From positions 326,812 through 390,811 of the forward strand of contig JARGPR010000001.1 of NCBI GenBank assembly GCA_029210125.1: 64,000 nucleotides of DNA, given 5' to 3'. A model generated the notes under the pieces. The model did no database searches and was not told the DNA's origin. It saw only the letters and a list, made by a program, of their open reading frames with translations. This DNA is from Pseudomonadales bacterium (lineage in GTDB: Bacteria > Pseudomonadota > Gammaproteobacteria > Pseudomonadales > JAHRWD01). Position numbers and translations under genes: made by a program. Of the stretch, positions 17,669-27,266 are shown in pieces. Positions within the stretch are counted from its first letter, which is position 1. Every line of letters starts with the position of its first letter.

Positions 17669-17872
17669 GCCTTAATTATTTGATTTATCCCTTCTATCAA
17701 GCGTATTTCCACTATTCTTAATAGTTAACGGCAATGCGTTGAATATTGTCTAACTGCAGAATTTTAAAGAGAAGTTTGGGAATGAAAATAAAAGGCATCA
17801 TTACCTGTAGCGTTCTTGCACGCTTAATCTCTTCTCCGATTTCAGCCGCATCATACTCTAGCCAGTTCGTAA

Positions 17873-18463
17873 TCAAAGCAGATTCCTGACACCAGAAAAA
17901 GCGATCAGGCTACAAGCCGAGATCAGAGCTCCGAGTACTGTGCCTGCGATTACATCGGTTGGGTAATGCACACCAAGAACAACGCGGGAAAGTGCGATAA
18001 AAAACGTAAATGGGATGAGTAATAGAGAAAACTCAGGGAAATAATAGAGCGTCAAACAGGTAAAATTTACCGCGTTCATAGTATGGCCGGAGGGAAAGCT
18101 GTACAGATCTAACGGCGGTGAAATGGCGGTAACATCCGGGAACGTAATACAAGGGCGTGGGCGTGCGAGTTTACCCTTTAATAATTTATAGGCCAGGACG
18201 CAAACAAGGCCGGAAACGGCTAACTGAAGACTGATGCTGATAGCCGCTACTCCGTAAATAAATGGAAGTAGAATGATCAGGCTGTACCAGAAAACCCCAT
18301 CTCCCATTCGGCTGATAATTCTAAAAAAGTCCCGTACTAGCACTTGGTTGCTGGTACGATTTAATGCGCGGCAAAGGGATACTTCAAACTGATCAACATT
18401 ATGAAACAGCGAAGTTTGAGTGCTGTGGTTAGACTCGAATGGCGACTTTGTCAGTAGTGACAT
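17873..18463 (-). CDS. PAP2-family phosphatase (phosphatidic acid / lipid phosphate phosphatase type)
   Basis: Motifs KGKLARPRP, PSGH and SRVVLGVHYPTDV. GGAG plus 9 nt precedes the ATG at 18463. The longer track ORF overlaps the glycosyltransferase. Confidence 0.75.
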   Translation of the reverse strand: MSLLTKSPFESNHSTQTSLFHNVDQFEVSLCRALNRTSNQVLVRDFFRIISRMGDGVFWYSLIILLPFIYGVAAISISLQLAVSGLVCVLAYKLLKGKLARPRPCITFPDVTAISPPLDLYSFPSGHTMNAVNFTCLTLYYFPEFSLLLIPFTFFIALSRVVLGVHYPTDVIAGTVLGALISACSLIAFSGVRNLL

Positions 18464-19667
18464 CGGTGCGATCTCCAGGTTGAATAGATTCCAACTGTGA
18501 TTTGAACTGCTGCACGATAGAACTCCAGGCCAACGTTTTTGCAACCCTACGAGCCTGGGTTTTAATCGATTTAAGCTGCTCTGTTTGAGCAGATGCTTGA
18601 ATAATGGTTTGAATAAATTGGTTCTGATCATCGAATGGAACCAGATAGCCGGATGTGCCTGAGTGGATATGCATTTGCGCCGCAGCGTAATCAAATCCGA
18701 CTACGGCAAGACCGCTGGCCATCGCCTCGGTTACGACATTACCAAAGGTGTCGGTTAAGCTTGGGAATAGAAAAATATCACCGCTGGCGTAGTGTTTGGC
18801 CAGTTCTTCACCGGTTTTTTTACCGCACAGAATAATTTGCGGATGAGCACTTTTTTTCATTTCATCATAGATTGGACCTTCACCGATGATGATCAATTTT
18901 ATTTCCGGTATCTGTTCTCGAGCCTGTTCAAAGGTTTTAATTAACAGCGCTATATTTTTTTCCGCCGCGATTCGACCAACATGAATCAGCGCAATGTCAT
19001 TAGGTTTTAATCCCCAGCTTTTACGAAGAGCCTGATCGCGTTTGGTCGGCGAAAATAATTCAATATCCACACCGCGACCCATCACTTGAACATTTTCAAA
19101 TCCATCGTCGCGGAGATGTTGAGCTTGAAGCTCAGTCGGAACCAGAGTGCCGGCAGTTTTATTGTGGAACTTACGAAGATACCGAAATACCAATGGTTTG
19201 GCCCAGCCCAGGCGGTAGTGCTGAATATAGCTGTGGAAGTTGGTGTGAAAACCACTCAAGGTCGGTATAGAAAGCTGATTAGCCGCTTTGAGAGCAAAAG
19301 TTCCAAGTGGCCCTTCGGTCGCCAGGTAGATTGCATTTGGAACCTTTTGGCGCCATAGCTTCAGTAGTTTGTTTTTACATGGTAGGCCAAAATGCAGCCC
19401 GTCATATCCGGGAATGGGTAAGCCGGATACGATCAACTCTTCATAACGCGCCTGTTGTATCGGTGTATCGCTAGCGGATTGGCGCGGGCGCACGACCTGG
19501 ACTGCCAAGTTCGGGTAGTTCAGCAATCCTGTCACCAGATGAGATAGGGTATTGGATACACCGTTCATCTCCGGTGGATAGGTTTCTGTAACAATCGTTA
19601 CCAAAAAAATGGGCGTATTTGGCGTCTGTTGGTTCGCTTCTGATTGTGGAGCCAGAGTTGTTTCCAT
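18429..19667 (-). CDS. Glycosyltransferase, GT4/group-1 family
   Basis: 412 aa. The N-terminal ETYPPEMNGVS and C-terminal FLFPS..DTFGNV..EAMASGL blocks are typical of the GT4 (E-x7-E) family. Confidence 0.8.
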   Translation of the reverse strand: METTLAPQSEANQQTPNTPIFLVTIVTETYPPEMNGVSNTLSHLVTGLLNYPNLAVQVVRPRQSASDTPIQQARYEELIVSGLPIPGYDGLHFGLPCKNKLLKLWRQKVPNAIYLATEGPLGTFALKAANQLSIPTLSGFHTNFHSYIQHYRLGWAKPLVFRYLRKFHNKTAGTLVPTELQAQHLRDDGFENVQVMGRGVDIELFSPTKRDQALRKSWGLKPNDIALIHVGRIAAEKNIALLIKTFEQAREQIPEIKLIIIGEGPIYDEMKKSAHPQIILCGKKTGEELAKHYASGDIFLFPSLTDTFGNVVTEAMASGLAVVGFDYAAAQMHIHSGTSGYLVPFDDQNQFIQTIIQASAQTEQLKSIKTQARRVAKTLAWSSIVQQFKSQLESIQPGDRTDVTTDKVAIRV

Positions 19668-19930
19668 ACCAGTACCGTTTGAAGCAATTTAGATCGCAGC
19701 GATATGGCTGCAATCCTGATTTAACTTTCTACGGTGGCAAGTAAAGACTACGAAAATGACACTTTTGTATCATTTGAGTAACGGTTTGATGAATGTTTAG
19801 TTTATTCACCAGCGAGCCAATAATGCACCTGCCTGTGACTCAGTTGGTATTGATTAACGACAGATGGTCTATTGGATAAACCGTGATACTGCAATCCAAT
19901 ATGTCAGTTACAAAAATCCAATAGTAAAAA

Positions 19931-20230
19931 ATGGGCAAAACGCATGACTTGATTAGAAAATAGGGGAACACTAGTGGGCGGCGGGGTATCCGGGTTCAGC
20001 TGGGCCCAAAGCCTGGGAATGGTGAGAGAGGGGGCGTCTGCGGTGGTGACTGATCTCAATCAGGAAGGTGCGCAAGCCCTTGCCGATGAAATTAGATCAA
20101 ACGATAGAAATGCCATTGTCCTGCATCAGGACGTTACTGAAGAGGAGCGATGAAGCAAACCGGTGACGGCTCGATTATTAATACACCATCCGTCATGGGG
20201 CTGATAGGCGTCGCAAGCAGTAATTTTTGG
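19931..20230 (+). pseudogene. Short-chain dehydrogenase/reductase pseudogene (frameshift, internal deletion, 3' truncation)
   Basis: Pieces lie in different frames: MGKTHD / LENRGTLVGGGVSGF..REGASAVVTDLNQEGAQALADEI..DVTEEER* / MKQTGDGSIINTPSVMGL. About 75 residues are missing between beta4 and beta5, and there is no YxxxK. Confidence 0.55.
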
Positions 20231-20289
20231 CAGCGCTTTTTTTGTATTCGTTTCCGTGTTTTTCTGGTTTGCCGATTCTGCGAACAAAG

Positions 20290-21459
20290 TTATTTGGACT
20301 CATTAAAAATCTCTCTACCCACCAGCATCCGTCTAATTTCAGAGGTGCCTGCGCCAATTTCGTAGATTTTGGCATCCCGCAGTAAACGACCGGTAGCATA
20401 TTCATTAATATAGCCGTTTCCGCCCAGCGCCTGTATCGCCTGTAACGCCATTTGTGTTGCCTTTTCAGCGGTATACAAAATAACGGCAGCGGCATCCTTG
20501 CGGGAGTTTTCACCACGGTCACAGGCCTTGGCAACCGCATATAGGTATGCGCGGGAGGTGTTCAGATCTACATACATATCCGCCAGTTTACCCTGCATCA
20601 ACTGGAATTCACCTATCGGCTGATCGAACTGTTTTCGGTCATGGTAGTAGGGTACAACGATATCCATGCAGGCCTGCATAATACCGACAGGACCGCCCGC
20701 GAGTACCGTACGTTCAAAATCAAGGCCAGACATCAATACCCTGACGCCCTTGTTTTCTTCGCCGAGAATATTCTCTGCGGGTACTTCGCAGTCTTCAAAT
20801 ATCAGCTCACCGGTATTGGAGCCACGTACACCTAATTTATCGAGTTTCTGTCCACGGCTGAAACCGGGAAAATCACGTTCAACAATAAAAGCAGTAATCC
20901 CTTTTGAACCTTTGGATAGATCCGTTTTGGCATAAATTACATAGGTATCGGCATCCGGGCCGTTAGTAATCCAGAATTTATTGCCGTTAAGAATATAGCG
21001 ATCGCCCTTTTTGTCAGCGCGTAGCTTCATGCTGACAACATCCGAGCCAGCGCCCGGTTCACTCATCGCCAGTGCACCAATATGGTCACCGGAACAAAGC
21101 TTGGGTAGGTATTTTAATTTTTGCTCGTGCGTACCGTTTTTGCGAATCTGGTTTACACAAAGATTTGAGTGAGCACCATAAGAAAGGCCAACAGCCGCGG
21201 AAGCGCGGGATAGCTCTTCCACCGCCACGGTGTGGGCCAAATAACCCATGTTGGTTCCGCCGTACTGCTCTTCAACTGTGATACCAAGCAAACCCATATC
21301 CCCCAGCTTTTTCCATAGTCCAGCGGGGAAATCGTTATCAATATCTATTTGAGCGGCTTGCGGGGCAATTTCCCCTTGAGCAAACTGATACACCGCATCA
21401 CGCAGTAAATCGACATCCTGACCAAGATCAAAGTTCATACTTGTAAAGGGTGCGTTCAT
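20290..21459 (-). CDS. ivd: Isovaleryl-CoA dehydrogenase
   Basis: 389 aa. The IVD hallmark [19 protein letters not shown] is present, with full-length ACAD similarity. Confidence 0.85.
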   Translation of the reverse strand: MNAPFTSMNFDLGQDVDLLRDAVYQFAQGEIAPQAAQIDIDNDFPAGLWKKLGDMGLLGITVEEQYGGTNMGYLAHTVAVEELSRASAAVGLSYGAHSNLCVNQIRKNGTHEQKLKYLPKLCSGDHIGALAMSEPGAGSDVVSMKLRADKKGDRYILNGNKFWITNGPDADTYVIYAKTDLSKGSKGITAFIVERDFPGFSRGQKLDKLGVRGSNTGELIFEDCEVPAENILGEENKGVRVLMSGLDFERTVLAGGPVGIMQACMDIVVPYYHDRKQFDQPIGEFQLMQGKLADMYVDLNTSRAYLYAVAKACDRGENSRKDAAAVILYTAEKATQMALQAIQALGGNGYINEYATGRLLRDAKIYEIGAGTSEIRRMLVGREIFNESK

Positions 21460-21565
21460 AGTTAACTCCGAGTTGAGTTTTGAGTAGTCGTGTAATCTTA
21501 TCGAGTAACAGGAAATTCTGAATCCGCCGGAAAGTCTATCCGGCCCTACTGCATGGCCAGGTTGG

Positions 21566-22780
21566 CTACCTTAGTGGTTTTAGTGCACTCTGCAAAGGTT
21601 TGGTGAGATGTTTTGGGTAGACTTTGGTTAGCGATACGGAATCACATGTTTGAAAATGACAAAACTGCGTGATGGCATCTACAAATGCGGAAATGATTAA
21701 ATCGTCATCAAAATCATGTGGTTCAAAATAGAGGGCTTTGATCTCTAGCTGGCTTATCTTTCGATGTGCTTTACAATCCATCCGACCTATAAATTCACCC
21801 CGATAAAGTAGTGGCAGACAAAAATAACCATACCGGCGTTTGGCTGCGGGCACATAGCACTCTATCTGATAGTTGTATTCAAAAAGTGCCTTGAGCCGTT
21901 CGCGCTGAATGACACTATTGTCAAATGGTGAAAGAATCAGCATGCGGCTGTTTAATCGGGGTAGGGCGTGTTCCAGCGCGCCTGCTTCCAAGATAAATAC
22001 TTCACCACCACTTAGTCGTAGTTGTTCTAATGTGCGCTGCGCCAACCTTTCGTTGACCAGGGTTTTTACAGCTTTGCGCAGTTCCGTATTGCGGCGCAGG
22101 TAGGTCACTCCTTTAAGTGAGACAACTCCGTGGCAGCGCAACTGTTGATCTAACATATGTGCCGCAAATTCCTCTATGCTGGGCATTTGTAAATTTATAT
22201 CTGGCGGCAGCACCCGCTCAGTCAGATCATACGTTTTTTGAAAACCTTCGCGGTCGCTGACCATCAGGTCGCCTTCCATATACATCTGTTCGAGTGCTTT
22301 TTTGGCTGGTTTCCAATCCCACCAGCCAGCCCGCTTGGTGGTGTTGGTTTCTAGATCGCGAGATCGTATCGGGCCATCAGAACGTATGCGTGCCAGCAGT
22401 TCGTCCATGAGCTTCTTATCGGGAGTTTTATACCAGTGGCTTTGACCGCTTTTGATGGCATGTTTGTAGGGTAAGGAAAAACGAAAATCTGCGATGGGTA
22501 GAAAAGCCGCTGCGTGTGCCCAATACTCAAAAATGTCGCCGTTGAGCAACATTTGATTCACCATCGCTGGCTTGAACTTCGGCACTCTAGCGTAAAAAAC
22601 GTGATGGTGCGCGCGTTCCACCACCGATATGGTATCGATCTGTACATAACCGATATGGTTGATTGCTTTACGTGCGCCCGGCAAACCGCGTCCGTATGGC
22701 TGAGCCTGCAGCAACCCTTGTGCCTCGAGGGCAAAGCGGCGTACACGTGCTAGATCCTTTGGATGCTCAATTTCAATCAT
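21566..22780 (-). CDS. Winged-helix DNA glycosylase, YcaQ/AlkZ-like (DUF1006)
   Basis: 404 aa. N-terminal ..[18 protein letters not shown].. and overall length fit the YcaQ family as remembered. Confidence 0.65.
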   Translation of the reverse strand: MIEIEHPKDLARVRRFALEAQGLLQAQPYGRGLPGARKAINHIGYVQIDTISVVERAHHHVFYARVPKFKPAMVNQMLLNGDIFEYWAHAAAFLPIADFRFSLPYKHAIKSGQSHWYKTPDKKLMDELLARIRSDGPIRSRDLETNTTKRAGWWDWKPAKKALEQMYMEGDLMVSDREGFQKTYDLTERVLPPDINLQMPSIEEFAAHMLDQQLRCHGVVSLKGVTYLRRNTELRKAVKTLVNERLAQRTLEQLRLSGGEVFILEAGALEHALPRLNSRMLILSPFDNSVIQRERLKALFEYNYQIECYVPAAKRRYGYFCLPLLYRGEFIGRMDCKAHRKISQLEIKALYFEPHDFDDDLIISAFVDAITQFCHFQTCDSVSLTKVYPKHLTKPLQSALKPLR

Positions 22781-22796
22781 AGTCGTGTGTCAGAGT

Positions 22797-23238
22797 TTAC
22801 TTTGTGCTAACGACATATTTTAAAATCTCAATTACCTGATCAGGTGTGGTTGTCCATGCGAGTGCTGCCGCATCCACCTCCTCGAGAGGATGGATGATAT
22901 CTTCGCTACGTAACGTAATATAAGGGGTATCGAGTGCTGCACAGTATCCCGCGTCAAATGCAGCATTCCATTGTTTGTACTTCTCTCCAAAACGGATAAT
23001 GGCTACATCGCAGTTTTCGATTAATGTATTTGTCCAGATAGCGTTTACTTTCGCTGATTTGTGGTCACGCCAAAACCTCTTGTCTTCAGTCCCCAATAAA
23101 TCGCCCGCACCATCACTGGCTTCATGATCAATGACAGCGGAAGAAAATGAATTTGAGAGGTTACTTAGTTTGCAGCCTTCAATTTTTTTCTCCCCAGTCT
23201 GTCTGTATTTCACCAGACAGGTATACATCCAAATCCAT
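22797..23238 (-). pseudogene. ytoQ: YtoQ-family protein gene with a frameshift in an A7 run
   Basis: The frame from the ATG at 23238 reads MDLDVYLSGEIQTDWGEKN*. The frame after the run reads KKIEGCKL..IDHEASD..FGEKYKQWNAAFDAG. An A6 run instead of A7 (plus-strand T7 at 23183-23189) would give one ORF. Confidence 0.6.
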
Positions 23239-23534
23239 ACTTCATAGCCTCAAATTAGAGGAGTGATATTCAAATCGATGAAAACCTCACTTGTCAGAAA
23301 TCTGGAGGGAAGGTTCCTAAAATTGCAGTATATAGCAGGACTATAATTCCAGTTGATTCTACATTCAAGAGCAAACAGGGAATGACGATTTGCGCTGTAT
23401 TTATATAAAAACAGGGTCTGGCTTGGGGTTGATTATTTGATCGTCAGTCGCGCGATAGAAGCCATAATTTACACGGTTTTGGGCGCCACAGTCTTGATCA
23501 GCGGGCGGAATTCGCAAGGCGTGACTTGCGTTCG

Positions 23535-23858
23535 TTAAGTCGCGCCGTAGCATCTGATCCATTCATTGGAGGCGAACGACTGATCGCGTTTGATTTTTCC
23601 GTAGCAATCCTTCTTTACCGGGTTTATGAATAGCAACTCCCAACAGGGATTACGCCGATTGCCGACGAGTTTCCGAATTTGCGAGCCTATATGCCGAAAG
23701 AGTTTAGTATCCTTGGAATAATGCACTAGTTGCAATCGATCAAAATCTGGTGGTTGATGGTGGATATGCGCTGCATAAACGTCTATATTTTGCTTGTATT
23801 TACGCCATGATCGTAAGATAGGGGCCTTGTGACTGACTCCCTTAGGCCGCGTATCCAA
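23535..23858 (-). CDS. Hypothetical protein (possible gene fragment)
   Basis: ORF only, with TTG start, no recognisable family and no clear RBS. Confidence 0.2.
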   Translation of the reverse strand: MDTRPKGVSHKAPILRSWRKYKQNIDVYAAHIHHQPPDFDRLQLVHYSKDTKLFRHIGSQIRKLVGNRRNPCWELLFINPVKKDCYGKIKRDQSFASNEWIRCYGAT

Positions 23859-23904
23859 AATTTACATTTGAAATATCAAAAATATAATTATCGGACACCA
23901 GAAT

Positions 23905-25062
23905 ATGTATTGGAATTCATTAGATAAGAATGATACAAATTTGTACAAAGGGATCGCGATATTAATGATCGCTACGCATAATTTTATGCATCTATTTCCA
24001 GCGCCAAAGGAAAATGAGTTCGAGTTTAACCCAAATAGGTTTTTTGATCTGTTGTACCTAGTAATAAATGAAAGTGAAAATATCCTCAGGGTTTTTCTTT
24101 CATTTTTTGGCCATTTTGGTGTTCAAATCTTCATATTTTTGAGCGCCTATGGATTCACAAAAAAGTACCTTAACCGCCAACCAAACTATTGGCTGTTTAT
24201 ATGGAAAAGAATATTCAAAATATACCCGGCATTTATTCTGGGTATATTAGCTTGGGCAATTGCCGCTGGCTGGGTGAATGGAAACCACGGTATCCTTGGG
24301 CCTATAAAAATCATATATTGGGATATCGGTGATTTGTTATTAAAACTATCGCTTACGTCAAATTTTATTTCAGGTAAATCTCTTTCGATCGTCGGTCCCT
24401 GGTGGTTTATACCCTTCATTTTTCAGTTCTATTTTATCTTTCCTCTACTTCGGTATCTCTATTCTAAGTGGGGGGCGCCGATACTGTTGGCGATATCTGT
24501 TGCGGGTATAGTGATCACTTATCTGAATCACGGAAGAATCGGCGACTTGAATATTTACTTTACTGTTCTTGGACATCTCCCTGAATTTTGTTTAGGTATT
24601 TATCTGGCAGGTAAAGAAGGTGAAAAAATAAAAATATCCTGGACGATAATATTAGCGGCCCTTGTTTTATATTTTTTGGGTAATATTTATGAATCATTTT
24701 GGTACGTTAATCATATTAGCTTTCTTATTCTGCTCCTAGTTGTGTTTAATTCTGTAATTGGATCAGTCAAAAAACGTGCAAGGATCAACAAATCGATTTT
24801 GTTTATAGGTGGGATATCAATGCCGATATTTCTTGTAAATGGATTTCTTAGGTATCCATTTATATACTGGGCGGTTAACAATAATCACTGGCTATTGACT
24901 ATTGCTCTATGCCTATTGTCACTCACAATTTCAATACTTGTGGGATATATTTTGTCAAAAATTGAAGGGTATGTAATGCCAAAAATTGACTACGAGACAC
25001 CAAAATCACTTATTAATCAGGTGATGGGTGTTTTATCCTTTGCGCGCGGTAATGGTAAATGA
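23905..25062 (+). CDS. Membrane acyltransferase family 3 (OafA/O-acetyltransferase-like)
   Basis: 385 aa, about 10 TM helices. N-terminal YKGIAILMIATHNF resembles the acyltransferase_3 R/K-x-D-x-L-K-G-IAI..V...H block. AT-rich. Confidence 0.7.
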   Translation: MYWNSLDKNDTNLYKGIAILMIATHNFMHLFPAPKENEFEFNPNRFFDLLYLVINESENILRVFLSFFGHFGVQIFIFLSAYGFTKKYLNRQPNYWLFIWKRIFKIYPAFILGILAWAIAAGWVNGNHGILGPIKIIYWDIGDLLLKLSLTSNFISGKSLSIVGPWWFIPFIFQFYFIFPLLRYLYSKWGAPILLAISVAGIVITYLNHGRIGDLNIYFTVLGHLPEFCLGIYLAGKEGEKIKISWTIILAALVLYFLGNIYESFWYVNHISFLILLLVVFNSVIGSVKKRARINKSILFIGGISMPIFLVNGFLRYPFIYWAVNNNHWLLTIALCLLSLTISILVGYILSKIEGYVMPKIDYETPKSLINQVMGVLSFARGNGK

Positions 25063-25171
25063 CGCGAAATCTGAAGTATTGGGTGGCAATTTATGCTATT
25101 TCGGGAGTAATAATGACCATAAAACTGCTGACCAATTTTTATGTTTGGGCTGAACTTAGGGGACTTTTTGC

Positions 25172-26596
25172 ATGCCAAAAATAAAAGCGACCTATTTGCC
25201 TGCGATCATCTTAGTTGAGATGATTTTATTTAACTTGGACAAATTTGAATATTCCTTCCTTAAAGCGTCACTTCATGTGGTGCTTCAATCAGTTCTTGTC
25301 TATGGCTTATTGTTAATTTCTAGTAAGTGGTTGATGCTGAGAGCGTTGATTTCACTTTTTGTTGCTTCGGCATTATTTATTCAGTTGACTTATGGCGCGG
25401 GGTTATCGGTAAGTATTTTTATAAGTATGTTGGAATCATCACCTAGTGAATCATTTGCTTTTGTAATAAGCAATCTGCTCCCTACATTGTTTGCGGTAAT
25501 CTGCCTGCTATCAATGATATTTTTGTACGTACCCAATACAAAAAAGGTGACCGCTGGAGCTTTGTCTGTTGGTCTTTGCTATTTGATCGTGCCAACCATT
25601 CTATTCAGTCAAACGCTATATTCAACGCCGGAATATGATCTTTTTCGCAGGTCAGGTATAGCACGGGGGCATCCGAGCTGGTTCACCTCTATAGAGTACT
25701 TTATAGAAGACCTCTCCCACAGGTTTCCTCCTTTGATTACTATTAGAGGTATAACGGATACGATTTCCTTTATGACTACACAACAAAATGTGAAGTCAAC
25801 ATGGACAGCTGTATCACATATAGGCTCATCTGATCTTTTGGTATTGGGTATCGGTGAATCACTAAGGGCAGATAATATGGGGGTATATGGATATAAATAT
25901 GACACCACACCAGCTTTGTCCCGGCTGTCGGACTCCATCGATCTCTATACTCGCGCATATTCCGCAGGTACAACCACATGGAGCTCTGTACCATCGGTAC
26001 TGACGAAGGCTGCATCTGTTCCTGATTTTTCCAAATCGATTTTAAACCTTGCCAAGGATGCAGGATTTGAAACGTTTTGGCTTTCAAATAATACCAAGCA
26101 CTCCGAATGGGATTTTTCTGTTTCTGCGTTAGCAGAACAAGCTGACCATATCTATTTTTCATCAGATCATAGTACGGAAAATAGATATGATTCCATTTTG
26201 ATTTCAAAGCTTTCGGAAGCGCTGGCAACGCCCAGTAGTGAAAAAAAGAAATTGATTATATTGAATTTCTTTGGTTCTCATTTTAATTTTGTAGATCGCT
26301 ATCCGGAAGATTACGCTAAGTTCGAAGGGGGTAATTTGAAACTGGATCGATACAATAACACAGTGCTTTATACAGATTACATTCAAGCGGAAGTTATAAA
26401 GCTCGTTGAAAAATACGGCGGAAAGTATCTATTTTTCTCTGATCATGGGCTGATCCACCCGGAAAGCGACACACCGCTAAAACACGACGTTCGACGCGAT
26501 CCTGATATCGACTCGGTAAAGGTTCCTTTCTTTGTGTACCCGAAAACTAAATTGAGTATCCAGGTTGATGATGTGATCTCGCTCTATTATTTTTAG
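25172..26596 (+). CDS. Phosphoethanolamine transferase (EptA/sulfatase family), possibly fragmented
   Basis: N-terminal TM region followed by a sulfatase domain (LVLGIGESLRADNMGVYGY..TTP.L, FFSDHG). See the finding on flanking in-frame and out-of-frame pieces. Confidence 0.65.
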   Translation: MPKIKATYLPAIILVEMILFNLDKFEYSFLKASLHVVLQSVLVYGLLLISSKWLMLRALISLFVASALFIQLTYGAGLSVSIFISMLESSPSESFAFVISNLLPTLFAVICLLSMIFLYVPNTKKVTAGALSVGLCYLIVPTILFSQTLYSTPEYDLFRRSGIARGHPSWFTSIEYFIEDLSHRFPPLITIRGITDTISFMTTQQNVKSTWTAVSHIGSSDLLVLGIGESLRADNMGVYGYKYDTTPALSRLSDSIDLYTRAYSAGTTTWSSVPSVLTKAASVPDFSKSILNLAKDAGFETFWLSNNTKHSEWDFSVSALAEQADHIYFSSDHSTENRYDSILISKLSEALATPSSEKKKLIILNFFGSHFNFVDRYPEDYAKFEGGNLKLDRYNNTVLYTDYIQAEVIKLVEKYGGKYLFFSDHGLIHPESDTPLKHDVRRDPDIDSVKVPFFVYPKTKLSIQVDDVISLYYF

Positions 26597-26790
26597 TGTG
26601 TTTTTTCAGAGTGGTCGGGGATTTCAGCTGCGGAGCTGGAAAGTGAATATTGCGAAGATGCTATGAACAGGCCAGAAGTTGTTTTTATTGATTCAAACCT
26701 TCGTCGCCATGAAGTTTTGTTACAGGCAGAGTGAGGAATAATTATTAGTAAATTGTTATGTGCTGTGTTGGAGGTCGGCGGTTCGCTAGC

Positions 26791-27156
26791 TGATCTTGCC
26801 CCAATAGAACGAAAACATGAAATTTCATGCAGCTAATCGCTTATATTTCGTCGGTGAACAATACCCGATCCCTGAATGCAGCCGCTTTCGATAGTAAAAA
26901 TCATTAATATAACGAGCTAAAACATACTTCAGTTCTTCGCGTGATTGAAAGTGGATTCCTCGGACTAATCCCGCCTTTAAGGTGTGGAAGAAGGATTCCA
27001 TATGCGCCTTGTCGGTACATTTACTGAGTCAGACGGGCTACGCGTTTTAACTTTGAATTCATTGGAGTACAGCCAGGCCTTTCTAGGTTTTGTGTATTTA
27101 GGCATGGGACGCCTCATCAGTTAGATATGGGTGTCCGCGTGAAGCGGGGCAAGTCA
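26791..27156 (-). mobile_element. IS3-family (IS407-like) internally deleted remnant with both inverted repeats
   Basis: IRs are TGATCTTGCCCC (26791) and TGACTTGCCCC (reverse complement at 27156). OrfA start MPKYTKPRKAWLYSNEFKVK is fused to the OrfB end CTDKAHMESFFHTLKAG..RLHSGIGYCSP. A 4-bp TAGC duplication flanks it. Confidence 0.7.
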
Positions 27157-27266
27157 TAGCAGTAGCGTTCCGGCGCTAGTAAAGAATTAATAATATGATA
27201 GCCAATGGCGAAGTGAGGCAGCGAGAAGATGAGCTTGAGCGTGATTGGGAATACTCGCTGAAAGCC

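Noticed and set aside
18464-18694. 5' extension of the PAP2 ORF overlapping the glycosyltransferase by 266 nt
   Set aside because: The extension lies inside the GT4 coding frame and has no PAP2-family counterpart. An internal ATG at 18463 with GGAG upstream gives a normal-length PAP2 protein.
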